64,000 bases of DNA, taken from assembly GCA_963827475.1 (NCBI GenBank), contig CAWHAZ010000005.1, forward strand, positions 160,001-224,000, given 5' to 3'. The stretch comes from an uncultured Chloroflexia bacterium. Lineage in GTDB: Bacteria; Chloroflexota; Limnocylindria; QHBO01. The position numbers were made by a program, and so were the translations under genes. The stretch's first letter is position 1; each line of letters begins with the position of its first letter. This document shows positions 50,496 through 60,799 of the stretch, one piece after another. The notes beneath the pieces were generated by a model. It was given only the letters and a program-made list of their open reading frames with translations, made no database searches and had not been told where the DNA came from.

Positions 50496-51551
50496 TTGGG
50501 CATCTTCGACGGCGTCCTCGGGATCTTCAGCCATGACCTGGGCATCGACCTCGGCACGGCCAATACCCTGGTCACCGTCCGTCACCGGGGAATCGTGATC
50601 TCCGAGCCATCGGTGGTGGCCATGGAGACCCGCACCAAGCGGGTGCTGGCGATTGGAGCGGAAGCGAAGCGGATGGTGGGCCGGACGCCGGCCAACATCG
50701 TCGCCATCCGGCCGCTGCGCGACGGGGTGATCAGTGACTTCGACGTGACCGAGCAGATGATCCGGTACTTCATCGAGAAGGTGCACGATCGCTATTTCCG
50801 CATTCCGCGGCCGCGAGTCCTGGTCGGCATTCCGTCCGGCGTGACCGAGGTCGAGAAGCGCGCGGTGCGCGACGCCACCTTGAACGCGCATGCCCGCTGG
50901 GCGCGGCTCATCGAGGAACCGATGGCCGCCGCCATCGGCGCCGGCCTGCCGGTCAGCGAACCGTCCGGCTCGCTCATCGTCGACATCGGCGGCGGGACGA
51001 CCGAGGTCGCCGTCATCTCCCTCGGCGGCATCGTCGTCAGCCGCTCGATCCGGATCGGTGGCGACGAGATGGACCAGGACATCGTCAACTTCGCCCGTCG
51101 CGAGTACAACCTGCTGATGGGAGAGCGGACCGCGGAGGAGGTCAAGATCGCGGTCGGCTCGGCCTACGCCGACCTGAACCCGCGGACCGTCACCTTCCGC
51201 GGGCGCGACCTGCTGACCGGGCTGCCGCGCTCGGTCGAGGTGAGCAGTGAGCAGATCCGCGAGGCCCTCGAGCCGTCGGTGGCGGCCATCATCCAGGCCA
51301 TCCGCGACACGATCGAGGAGACGCCGCCCGAGCTGGTGGCCGACATCATGGACCAGGGGATCGTGCTCGCCGGCGGCGGGGCGCTGCTGGCGGGCCTCGA
51401 CCGGCGGGTCGCGGAGACGACCCAGATGCCGGTCCACGTCGCCGATGACCCGTTGACCTGCGTGGTCCGCGGCACGGGGCGTGTCCTCGAAGAGCTCGAC
51501 ACCCTGGAGCGGGTGCTCATCACCGAGCAGTACACCCGCGCCCCCCGCTGA
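50496..51551 (+). CDS. mreB: Rod shape-determining protein MreB
   Basis: GIDLGTAN, EPSVVA, IEEPMAAAIG, DIGGGTTE, LAGGGALL. Confidence 0.97.
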   Translation: MGIFDGVLGIFSHDLGIDLGTANTLVTVRHRGIVISEPSVVAMETRTKRVLAIGAEAKRMVGRTPANIVAIRPLRDGVISDFDVTEQMIRYFIEKVHDRYFRIPRPRVLVGIPSGVTEVEKRAVRDATLNAHARWARLIEEPMAAAIGAGLPVSEPSGSLIVDIGGGTTEVAVISLGGIVVSRSIRIGGDEMDQDIVNFARREYNLLMGERTAEEVKIAVGSAYADLNPRTVTFRGRDLLTGLPRSVEVSSEQIREALEPSVAAIIQAIRDTIEETPPELVADIMDQGIVLAGGGALLAGLDRRVAETTQMPVHVADDPLTCVVRGTGRVLEELDTLERVLITEQYTRAPR

Positions 51552-51562
51552 GCCGGGGCGTC

Positions 51563-52444
51563 GTGCGCATCCCGTTCAGCCAGCCCCGGGGATCGGGATC
51601 GAGCCAGCGTCGTCGGAGCCCCGACCTCGTGTGGTGGGTCGCCCTGGTCGCCATCTCGATCGGCCTGGTGGTCGTCTCGGGAAGCGGCCCGGCCCGGTCG
51701 GTGCAGGACGCGGCCGCCCGGCTCATCGCGCCCGTCCAGGCGGCGCTGACCGACATCGGCGACGCGATGGGGGAGCTGGCCGACACGATCGGCGAGATCG
51801 GATCGCTGCGCGCGGAGAACGAGGAGCTGCGGAGCACCCTGGCCGCCGCCGAGCAGCGGGTCGCCGAGCTGCAGGAGGCCGCCCGCGACAACGCCCGGTT
51901 GCGGCGGCTGCTCGGCCTGCAGAACAGGCTCGGCTGGGACCTCGTGCCCGGCCGGGTCGTCTCGGCTGGCACCGGCGCGCTGACCTGGGAGGTGGCCCTG
52001 AACGTCGGCCACCAGGCCGGGGTGCGGGTCGGCATGCCGGTCGTGGGTGCCGCCGTCGGAGGAGGCGCCCTGGCCGGGATCGTGGTCGAGGCGAGCCCGG
52101 ATCGGGCGGTCGTGCTCCTCACCGTTGATCCGCGCTCACGAGTCGTGGCCCGGGACCAGCAGACCGAGGCGCTCGGCGTCGTCCAGGGCCAGCCGGGCGG
52201 CCAGCTGATCATGACCCAGGTCGCGGTCACCGACGAAGTGGCGGTGGGCGACACGATCGTCACCGCCGGGCTCGAGCTCGAGGGGGTCGCCGCCTCGCCG
52301 TACCCCCGCGGCCTGCTGATCGGTACCGTGACCGCCCTCGAGGCCGATGCCAACGGCCTGACCCGGACCGCGTTCGTGCGACCCGCGATCGACCCACGCT
52401 CGGTCGAATGGCTGATGGTCGTCAGCTCGGCGAGCCCCGACTGA
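51563..52444 (+). CDS. mreC: Rod shape-determining protein MreC
   Basis: TM, coiled coil (LRAENEEL...DNARLRRLL), GVRVGMPV, VGDTIVTAG..YPRGLLIG. Confidence 0.9.
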   Translation: MRIPFSQPRGSGSSQRRRSPDLVWWVALVAISIGLVVVSGSGPARSVQDAAARLIAPVQAALTDIGDAMGELADTIGEIGSLRAENEELRSTLAAAEQRVAELQEAARDNARLRRLLGLQNRLGWDLVPGRVVSAGTGALTWEVALNVGHQAGVRVGMPVVGAAVGGGALAGIVVEASPDRAVVLLTVDPRSRVVARDQQTEALGVVQGQPGGQLIMTQVAVTDEVAVGDTIVTAGLELEGVAASPYPRGLLIGTVTALEADANGLTRTAFVRPAIDPRSVEWLMVVSSASPD

Positions 52445-52625
52445 GCCCGGACTGAGCCCCGACTGAGACCGTCGCCGGCCTCCGCCGGCTCGGCTGCCTG
52501 GCGACCGTGGTGCGGGCACGCACATGGCCCCATGGTCCGGCGCCCCCGGAACCAACGCCCCATGGGCCGTTCCGCAGCCCCTGCGTAGGGTCATCCCGAA
52601 CTCATCTTCATTCGCGGAGACCCTG

Positions 52626-54946
52626 TTGCACGATCGAGCGCTGCCCGATCCTTGGCGCCTGGCCCTGATCCTGGGGCTGGCGTTCGCCTTGGCCGTCACC
52701 ACCGTCCTGAGCCCGTCCCCCGTGCTCGGCGGCGCCGCGGGCCAGAAGGTGGCGATCATCGTCGGCCCGGTCGGCGGCGGCTCCATCCAGAGCAACTACC
52801 TCAACCGGGGCGAGCAGATCGCCCAGTCGGTCGAGGCGCGGGGCGGCACCGCGGTCCGCGTCTTCTCGCCGAACGCCACGTGGGCCAATGTGCTGGCCGC
52901 CGTGAACGGCGCCAACATCATCGTCTACATCGGTCACGGAAGCGGCTTTCCGAACCCGTACAGCGGGCACGCTGCAGACCGGCCTGGAACAACGGCTGGG
53001 GCCTGAACCGGATCGCCGGGCACGGACTCGGCCGACCCGACCGGCCACGGCCACGACCTCGACCACCCAGATGGTCTACTGCGGCGAGGCCGCCATCGAG
53101 GGCAAGCCCAAGCCCGCCGCGGTCAGCTGGAGCCAGTGGTGCTGCCGGTGGACCGATCACGCCCGCCCCGGGCTTCGTCATGGTCTTCTCCAACGCCTGC
53201 TACGCGCCGGGCGCGGGCGAGACCGGAGCAGACGCACACCGACCAGCGAGGGAACCGCCCTCGACCCGGGTCAACTACTTCTCCCGACCGTACCTCGCGC
53301 TCGGCGGCTCGTACTTCGCCAGCGATCTCGGCTCAGGCTCCGTGGTGGAGGCCATCCTGGACAACCCGACCACGAGGTTCGGGGACATCTTCGAGATGGG
53401 GAATGGCTACAGCGCAGACCGCGCTCCGTCGCTTCCCGCACGGCTTCATCAGCGGGGCCGAGAGCTGGATCCAGCGCACATCCGGTCCGGGCGGGCTCAT
53501 GAGCTACTGGTACGCCTTCGCGGGCAATCCGAACCAGATGGCCGCAGCCCGGCCCGCCGAACGCCGAGTTCACCGCGTCGCCGACCGGCGGGCCTCATCG
53601 AGCTGACGGTGTCGTTCTTCAACGAGACGGGCACCTACGGTCCGACGACCTACGCCTGGGACTTCGACGCCAACGGGACGGTCGATTCGACCGAGCACTC
53701 CCCGGTGTACAGGCTACCCGACGCCGGGCACCTACTCGGTGTCGATGACCGCCACCAACGGCCTCGGGACCGACTCGGTGACCAGGACGAACTACATCAC
53801 CGTCCGAACCCCGGTTCCGGGCACCTACGTCTCCGCTGCTCGCCCGCGCGGCTCCTCGACACCCGGATCGGGAACGGCCTGAGCGGCCAGTTCAGCGCGA
53901 ACGTGCCGCGGACCTTCCAGGTCGGCGGGCGGGGCGGTGTGCCGGCCAACGCGGTGGCGGTCACCGGCAACCTGACGGTCACCAACCAGAGCTGGTCCCG
54001 GCTTCGTCTACCTTGGCCCTGACCCGGTCATCGGGCCGACCAGCTCGACCCTGAACTTCCCGGCCGGCGACACGCGGGCCAACGGGGTGACGGTGGCCCT
54101 CGGCCCGAGCGGGACCCTGAGCGCGACCTTCGGCTATGCCGGCGACGTTCGACCTCGTGTTCGACGTGACCGGCTACTTCGTGCCCGGCAGCGCGGGGAG
54201 CACCTACGTCCCGCTGCCGCCGGCGCGGCTGCTGGACACGCGGGCGGGCACCGGCCTGGGCGGACCGTTCACGGCCCATGCCCCGCGCACGTTCCAGGTC
54301 GCCGGGGTGGGCGGGGTGCCGGCCACCGCGGTGGCGGTCACCGGCAACCTGGCGGTCACCGGCCAGACCGGCGCCCGGCTTCGTCTACCTCGGCCCCGAC
54401 CCGGTCGCCCAGCCGACCAGCTCGACGCGTGAACTTCCCGGCCGCCGACACGCGGGCCACCGGGGTGACCGTCGCCCTCGGCCCGGGCGGGACCCTGAGC
54501 GCGACCTTCGGCTACGCCGGCAGCACCCACCTCGTGTTCGACGTGACCGGCTACTTCGTGCCCGATGGCTCGGGGGCGACCTTCGTCCCGCTCTCCCCGT
54601 CGCGCCTGCTGGACACCCGGGTCGGCAACGGCCTGGGCGGACCGTTCTCGGCGCATGCCCCGCGCACGTTCCAGGTCCACGGCCGGGGCGGCGTGCCGGC
54701 CACCGCGGTGGGGGTCACCGGCAACCTGGCGGTCACCGGCCAGAGCGGCCCCGGCTTCGCCTTCCTCGGCCCAGATCCGGTCGCCCAGCCCGACCAGCTC
54801 GACCCTGAACTTCCCGTGCGGCCGACACCCGGGCCACCGGGGTGACGGTCGCCCTCGGCCCGGGCGGGACCCTGAGCGCGACGTTCGGCTACGCCGGCAC
54901 GACCCACCTCATCTTCGACGTCACCGGCTACTTCTACACCGACTGA
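52626..54946 (+). CDS. Secreted protein: gingipain/caspase-like domain + PKD + three 'RLLDTR' repeats (many frameshifts)
   Basis: GGAG RBS with TTG; signal peptide; IIVYIGHG and VFSNACY; PKD-like 'YAWDFDANG..STEHSP'; ends DVTGYFYTD*. Confidence 0.7.
53822..54940 (+). repeat. Three tandem ~377-bp 'P.RLLDTR...DVTGYF' domain repeats
   Basis: LDTR codons at 53855, 54232 and 54609. Confidence 0.9.
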
Positions 54947-55077
54947 CGGCGCCGGCTCGAGCGCGGCCGGGCCATTAGTACCATGGGTCCCGCGCCGGGC
55001 GGTCGGTAAGGTGTGGCCCGCTGGAGTCTAGGGCGGTCGCACGCCCTCGAACCAGCTTGATCGAGGCCATCGCTCGC

Positions 55078-57881
55078 GTGCATCGGTTGACCTTCCTCAG
55101 CTGAACGCTCGCCGCTCGCCATCGCCGTCCTCATCGTGGGTGCCTCGCTCTGGCACCTCACCGGTGGCCGCGCCCGGTCGCCCCGTCCCCGGGACGGCAG
55201 CGGACGGCACGCCGGGGTCCACGCCCGTCCCTCCTTCCGGGCGGGAGCCATCACGCCCCCGAGCGGCGATGCCCTGCCGCCGATCCGGAAGGGCTCGAGC
55301 AGCCGGGCGGTCCATGCCGAGATGCTGGCTCAGCACGGCCAGGATGCGCCCGCGTTCGAGCCGGGCGCCCGACCCGGTCCGAGCTCGCGACGTCGTCGGC
55401 CGCCGCATCGAGCGTTCCGATCGCCCCGCGGCTGCGCTGCCGAACGGCCTGCGCAAGGAGGTCCTGGGCTTCCTGCCGTACTGGATGCTGGTCCGATTCC
55501 AAGCTGCAGTGGATGCGCTACGACCTGGTGTCGACCATCGCCTTCTTCGGTGTCGCGGCCCAGTCCGACGGCACGCTGGCGACCTACGCTCCGGGCTGGC
55601 CCGGGTGGTACAGCAGCGCGATGACCAGGGTCATCGACGCCGCCCACGCCCGCGGGGTGAAGGTGGTCCTGACCGTCACCATGATGGCGTGGGACGCGAG
55701 CACCGCCGCCCAGCAGGCGGCCCTGCTCGGGAGCGCCGCCAATCGAGCCAATCTCATCGCACGCCATCGTGGCCGCCGTCCGTGATCGGAACGCGGATGG
55801 GGTGAACCTCGACTTCGAGCCGGTCGCGGTGGCCCAGAAGCGCCCAGTACACGTCGTTCGTCCGGCAACTCAAGGCGGCGCTCGTCGCGGCCGGGGTCGG
55901 GCTCCTACCTGACGGTCTGCACCACGGCCGGGGCCGGGACGTGGGCGACCGGGTACGACCTCGCGCGGGCTCGTGGCCCCCGGCGCGGCGGACAGCATTT
56001 TCGTGATGGGGTACGACTACAGCTGGTCGGGCTCCGCTCGTGCCGGCGGCGTGGCGCCGATGGACTCGCCCGTACATGCTCGACGTCAGCGAGTCGGTGG
56101 ATGACTACCTCCGCTTCGTCCCGCCGTCGAAGCTCATCTGGGGCGTCCCGTACTACGGCCGAACCTGGCGGACGCACCTCCGACGCGCTCAATGCTCCTG
56201 ACCGCGCCCGGCGCCTCGGCGTCATCGGTGGCGTACTACTACGTCGGAAACCAGGTGCTGGCCAGGCGCAGCACGGTCGTCGGTGGGATCCGGTCGGCAG
56301 GTGCCGTGGTTCGCGTACTACGACAGCGCGGCCGGCGTCATGGGTCGAGGGCTACTACGACGACGTCCAGTCCCTGGCCGTGAAGTGGGACATGGTCAAC
56401 CAGCGCGGGCTGGCCGGCACCGGAATGTGGGCCCTGCTCATGGACGAGGGCAGCCCGGACCTGTGGAACCTCCTGGCGGCCAAGTTCGTGAATGTTCCCC
56501 CCACATTCACCGAAACCTACAACCCGCCGCGGACCCTGTTCTTCGAGCCAGGCACCTACGTCGGCCGCCAGTTCAACGCCTCCGGGGCCGTCACCGCCAG
56601 CCTGTCGTACACCTTGGCCACTGCTTCCAACGCGCCGACGAGCCAGCGCAGCACTATCCCCAACCAGCCTGGGACCTGGTACTACATCACGGCCGGGATC
56701 TGGGCGGGCTACTGGATTCAGGAGTCAGCCGGCGTCACCCTGGGTGCCCCGCCGCCGGCCACCTACGTGCCCCTCGACCCCGTCCCGACTGCTCGACACC
56801 CGGGTCGGCAACGGCCTCGCCGGGCCGTTCGTGGCCAACACCCCGCGCACCTTCCAGGTCGCCGGCCGGGGCGGCGTGCCGGCCAGCGCGGTGGCGGTCA
56901 CCGGCAACCTGGCGGTCACCAACCCGAGCGGCGCCGGCTGCGGCCTACCTCGGCCCGACCGCGGTCGGCAGCCCGACCAGCTCGACCCTGAACTTCCCGG
57001 CCGGCGACACCCGGGCGACCGGGGTGACGGTGGCCCTCGGCCCGGGCGGCAGCCTGAGCGCGACCGTCGGCTATGTCGGCTCGGCCGACCTCATCTTCGA
57101 CGTGACCGGCTACTTCGTGCCCGACGGCTCGCGGCGCGACCTACGTGCCCGCTCGACCCCGTCCCGACTGCTCGACACCCGGGTCGGCAACGGCCTGGCC
57201 GGGCCGTTCGTGGCCAACACCCCGCGCACCTTCCAGGTCGCCGGCCGGGGTGGCGTGCCGGCCAGCGCGGTGGCGGTCACCGGCAACCTGGCGGTCACCG
57301 GCCAGAGCGGCCCCGGCTTCGTCTACCTCGGCCCGACCGCGGTGCCGCAACCCGACCAGCTCGACCCTGAACTTCCCGGCCGGCGACACCCGGGCGACCG
57401 GGGTGACGGTGGCCCTCGGCCCGGGCGGGACCCTGAGCGCGACCGTTCGGCTACGCCGGCACGACCCACCTCATGTTCGACGTGACCGGCTACTTCGTGC
57501 CCGACGGCTCGGGCGCGACCTACGTCCCGCTGCCCCCGTCCCGGCTGCTCGACACCCGGGTCGGCAACGGCCTGGCCGGGCCGTTCGTGGCCAACACCCC
57601 GCGCACCTTCCAGGTCGCCGGCCGGGGCGGCGTGCCGGCCAGCGCGGTGGCGGTCACCGGCAACCTGGCGGTCACCAGCCAGAGCGGCCCCGGCTTCGTC
57701 TACCTCGGCCCGACCGCGGTCAGCAGCCCGACCAGCTCGACCCTGAACTTCCCGACCGGCGACACCCGGGCGACCGGGGTGACGGTGGCCCTCGGCCCGG
57801 GCGGGACCCTGAGCGCGACCTTCGGCTACGCCGGCACGACCGCACCTCATCTTCGACGTGACCGGCTACTTCGTGCCCTGA
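55078..57881 (+). CDS. Secreted GH18 glycoside hydrolase with three C-terminal 'RLLDTR' repeats (many frameshifts)
   Basis: EVLGFLPYW, AHARGVKV, DGVNLDFE (GH18 DxxDxDxE-type), MGYDY, KLIWGVPYYG, YDDVQSL..K..GTGMWAL. Confidence 0.78.
56758..57878 (+). repeat. Three tandem ~377-bp 'P.RLLDTR...DVTGYF' domain repeats
   Basis: LDTR codons at 56792, 57171 and 57548; strongly similar in DNA to 53822..54940. Confidence 0.9.
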
Positions 57882-58798
57882 TCCGTCTCGAGGCCCTGAT
57901 CGGTCTCGAGGACGCGCTCCCACACCGCTCGCATCCCGTCGCGGTGGCGCTCCACGCCGAACCTCGCCGCTGAGGCGGCAACCTGCTCGGGGTCGTAGTC
58001 GGGCACGGCGGCAAGGGCCGCCTCGTAGGCGCCATCGGTGACGAGGGTGCCGTTCTCGCCATCGGTCACGATCTCCGTCGAGCCCACCGACCGCCGCGGC
58101 GACCACCCAGCGCCCCGACGCGATCGCCTCCGCCGCGACCAGGCCGTACGGCTCGACCCGCGAAGGCACGAGCAGCACGTCATGGCTCGCCAGCAACGCC
58201 GGGCACCTCGGCGGGGTCGACCTCGCGCAGTCCGGGGCCGACGAGCGTATCCGCCAGCCTCCTCGCCACGTCGATGCCCTTCTCCGCGACGTTCCCGCCG
58301 AGGTACAGGACCCGGCGCTGCGGTGGCCGGGGCGCAGGCCCAAAGCGCGCCAGGTCGATTCCCGGCGGAATGACGTCGGCCCGCCGTCCGAGACGGGCGA
58401 CGTGCCCCGCGGTCTCGGCCGAGTTGGCGACCACGACCCTGGCTGATCGGACGACCCGGCGAGCCAGCCAGCGATGGAGCACGGACCGTTGGGCCGCATC
58501 TCGCACATCCGAGCCATGGGCGTACACCACCAGCGGCAGGCGTCGCAGGCGAGCGGCGAGAAGGGCGGGCGGGCCGCTGGCGAGCACGAAATGCGCCTCC
58601 ACGCCGTCGAAGCGGCCGCGGACCGTCAGGGCGTCCCACGTCAGCCGCAGGAACCGTGCCCACCGCGATCCGTCGTAGCGGTGCGGCGCCACGACCGTCG
58701 CGCGCAGGACGGGCATCGGCGAGCCGGTCACGGACGAAGGCGCCTGCGGCGGGCCGATCAGGCGTCGGGTAGCGAGTCGTCACCACCAGCAGCCGCAT
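57866..58798 (-). CDS. Glycosyltransferase family 4 (frameshifted)
   Basis: [51 protein letters not shown]. Confidence 0.8.
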   Translation of the reverse strand: MRLLVVTTRYPTPDRPAAGAFVRDRLADARPARDGRGAAPLRRIAVGTVPAADVGRPDGPRPLRRRGGAFRARQRPARPSRRSPATPAAGGVRPWLGCARCGPTVRAPSLAGSPGRPISQGRGRQLGRDRGARRPSRTAGRRHSAGNRPGALWACAPATAAPGPVPRRERRGEGHRRGEEAGGYARRPRTARGRPRRGARRCWRAMTCCSCLRGSSRTAWSRRRRSRRGAGWSPRRSVGSTEIVTDGENGTLVTDGAYEAALAAVPDYDPEQVAASAARFGVERHRDGMRAVWERVLETDQGLETDQGTK

Positions 58799-58833
58799 GG
58801 GGCGCGACGGTAGCACGGGTAGAATCGGGCGCA

Positions 58834-59568
58834 GTGTCGACCATCGCCGCACCACGCCGCGCCGACGGGCGCCTCCCGAACCAGCTCCGGCCGGTGAAGA
58901 TCGTGCCCGACTACCTGAAGTTCGCCGAGGGGTCGGCCCTCATCCGGGTCGGTGAGACGCGGGTCCTGTGCGCGGCGACGCTCGAGGACCGGGTGCCACC
59001 GTTCCTGCGCGGCAAGGGGACCGGCTGGGTCACCGCCGAGTACAGCATGCTGCCCCGGGCCGGTACCGAGCGGAGCCCGCGCGAGGCGAGCACCGGCAAG
59101 ATCGGGGGGCGGACCCACGAGATCCAGCGCCTGATCGGCCGCTCGCTGCGATCGGTCGTCGACATGGCCGGCCTGGGCGAGCGCAGCCTGACCCTCGACT
59201 GCGACGTCCTGCAGGCCGATGGCGGGACGCGGACGGCCTCGATCACCGGCGCGTACGTAGCCCTCGCCCGGGCACTCAACAAGTACGGCATGGAACGGCT
59301 CCTGACCGGGCAGGTGGCCGCGGTGAGCGTCGGGCTGGGGGCGAACGGCCTTCTCCTCGACCTCGACTACGCGGAGGACTCGTCCGCCGGCGTCGACTTC
59401 AACGTGGTCATGCTCGATGACGGGCGATTCGTCGAGATCCAGGGCACGGCCGAGCACACCCCGTTCAGCGCGGAGCAGATGGCCGAGATGGTCGGGCTCG
59501 CCTCCGCGGGGATCCGGCAGCTGTACGAGCTCCAGCGCGAGGCGATCGCGGCCCCCGCCACCGAGTGA
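58834..59568 (+). CDS. rph: Ribonuclease PH
   Basis: [55 protein letters not shown]. Confidence 0.97.
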   Translation: MSTIAAPRRADGRLPNQLRPVKIVPDYLKFAEGSALIRVGETRVLCAATLEDRVPPFLRGKGTGWVTAEYSMLPRAGTERSPREASTGKIGGRTHEIQRLIGRSLRSVVDMAGLGERSLTLDCDVLQADGGTRTASITGAYVALARALNKYGMERLLTGQVAAVSVGLGANGLLLDLDYAEDSSAGVDFNVVMLDDGRFVEIQGTAEHTPFSAEQMAEMVGLASAGIRQLYELQREAIAAPATE

Positions 59569-60200
59569 GCCGGCTCCTGGTCGCCACCCACAACCCCGGC
59601 AAGCTGGCCGAGTTCCGACGGCTCCTCGCTCCCCTCGACGCGGAGGTCGTCAGCGCCCGGGACCTGGGCCTGGACCTCGACGTCCCCGAGCCGCACGACA
59701 CGTACGCGGAGAATGCCGCCGACAAGGCCGTCGCCTTCTGCCGGGCGTCGGGCGAGCTCACCGTGGCCGATGACTCGGGCATCGAAGTCGCGGCGCTCGA
59801 TTGGGGCCCGGGCGTCCGGTCGGCGCGCTTCGCATCGGACGATGGCCTGAGCGGGCCCGATCTCCTGCTCCAGCGGCTCGAGGGCGCGGAGGATCGTCGG
59901 GCGCGGATGGTCTGCTGGCTGGCCGTGGCCGAACCTCTTCCTGAACGGACCGATGCGCCCGCGGTCGAGCTCTTCGACGGCGTGGTCGAGGGCAGCGTCG
60001 CCCGTGAACGGCGCGGTGACGGGGGATTCGGGTACGACCCGGTCTTCGAGCTGCCCGACGGCCGGACCACGGCCCAGCTGGAGGAAGCCGAAAAGGACGC
60101 GCTGTCCCACCGCGGCCGCGCGGTGCAGGCCGCGACGCCTCGTCTTCGGGAGCTCCTCCTCGCCCACGCTAGAATGCCGGCCACAGCGGAGGACGCATGA
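59565..60200 (+). CDS. rdgB: Non-canonical purine NTP pyrophosphatase
   Basis: [33 protein letters not shown]. Confidence 0.93.
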   Translation: MSRLLVATHNPGKLAEFRRLLAPLDAEVVSARDLGLDLDVPEPHDTYAENAADKAVAFCRASGELTVADDSGIEVAALDWGPGVRSARFASDDGLSGPDLLLQRLEGAEDRRARMVCWLAVAEPLPERTDAPAVELFDGVVEGSVARERRGDGGFGYDPVFELPDGRTTAQLEEAEKDALSHRGRAVQAATPRLRELLLAHARMPATAEDA

Positions 60201-60799
60201 ACGAAACCTCGTCCGTGCGCGTCCATCCCAGCGCCGATGTCTCCGCCGACGCGAGCATCGGCCCCGGCACCAGCATCTGGAACCATGCCCAGGTCCGCGA
60301 GCGTGCCCGGATCGGGACGGATTGCGTGATCGGCAAGAACGTGTACGTCGACTTCGAGGTCGTCGTCGGTGACCGGGTCAAGATCCAGAACAACGCGTCG
60401 CTGTACCACGGCGTGACGGTGGAGGACGGCGTGTTCATCGGTCCTCATGTCTGCCTGACCAACGACCGTCTGCCCCGGGCCATCAACCCGGACGGCACCC
60501 GCAAGTCCGATGCGGACTGGGAGGTCGGGCCGATCCGCGTCCGGTCCGGCGCGGCGCTCGGCGCGGCCAGCGTCATCGTGCCGGGCGTGACCATCGGCCG
60601 CTGGGCGCTGGTCGGGGCCGGCAGCGTGGTCACCGGCGACGTCGCCGACTACGCCCTCGTGGTCGGGAACCCCGCCCATCGCATCGGCAGCGCCTGCCCC
60701 TGCGGCGAGCCGCTGCGCGACGGGCCGGACGGGACTCCGTTCGCCGGTCCGTGCCCGAGCTGTGGACGGCCGTTCCCCCCGATCGAGGACGCGCCATGA
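60197..60799 (+). CDS. Hexapeptide-repeat sugar N-acetyltransferase (WbpD/WlbB-like)
   Basis: IGPGTSIW, VKIQNNAS, FIGPHVCLTND..PR, VGNPA, C-terminal Cys cluster. Confidence 0.85.
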   Translation: MNETSSVRVHPSADVSADASIGPGTSIWNHAQVRERARIGTDCVIGKNVYVDFEVVVGDRVKIQNNASLYHGVTVEDGVFIGPHVCLTNDRLPRAINPDGTRKSDADWEVGPIRVRSGAALGAASVIVPGVTIGRWALVGAGSVVTGDVADYALVVGNPAHRIGSACPCGEPLRDGPDGTPFAGPCPSCGRPFPPIEDAP

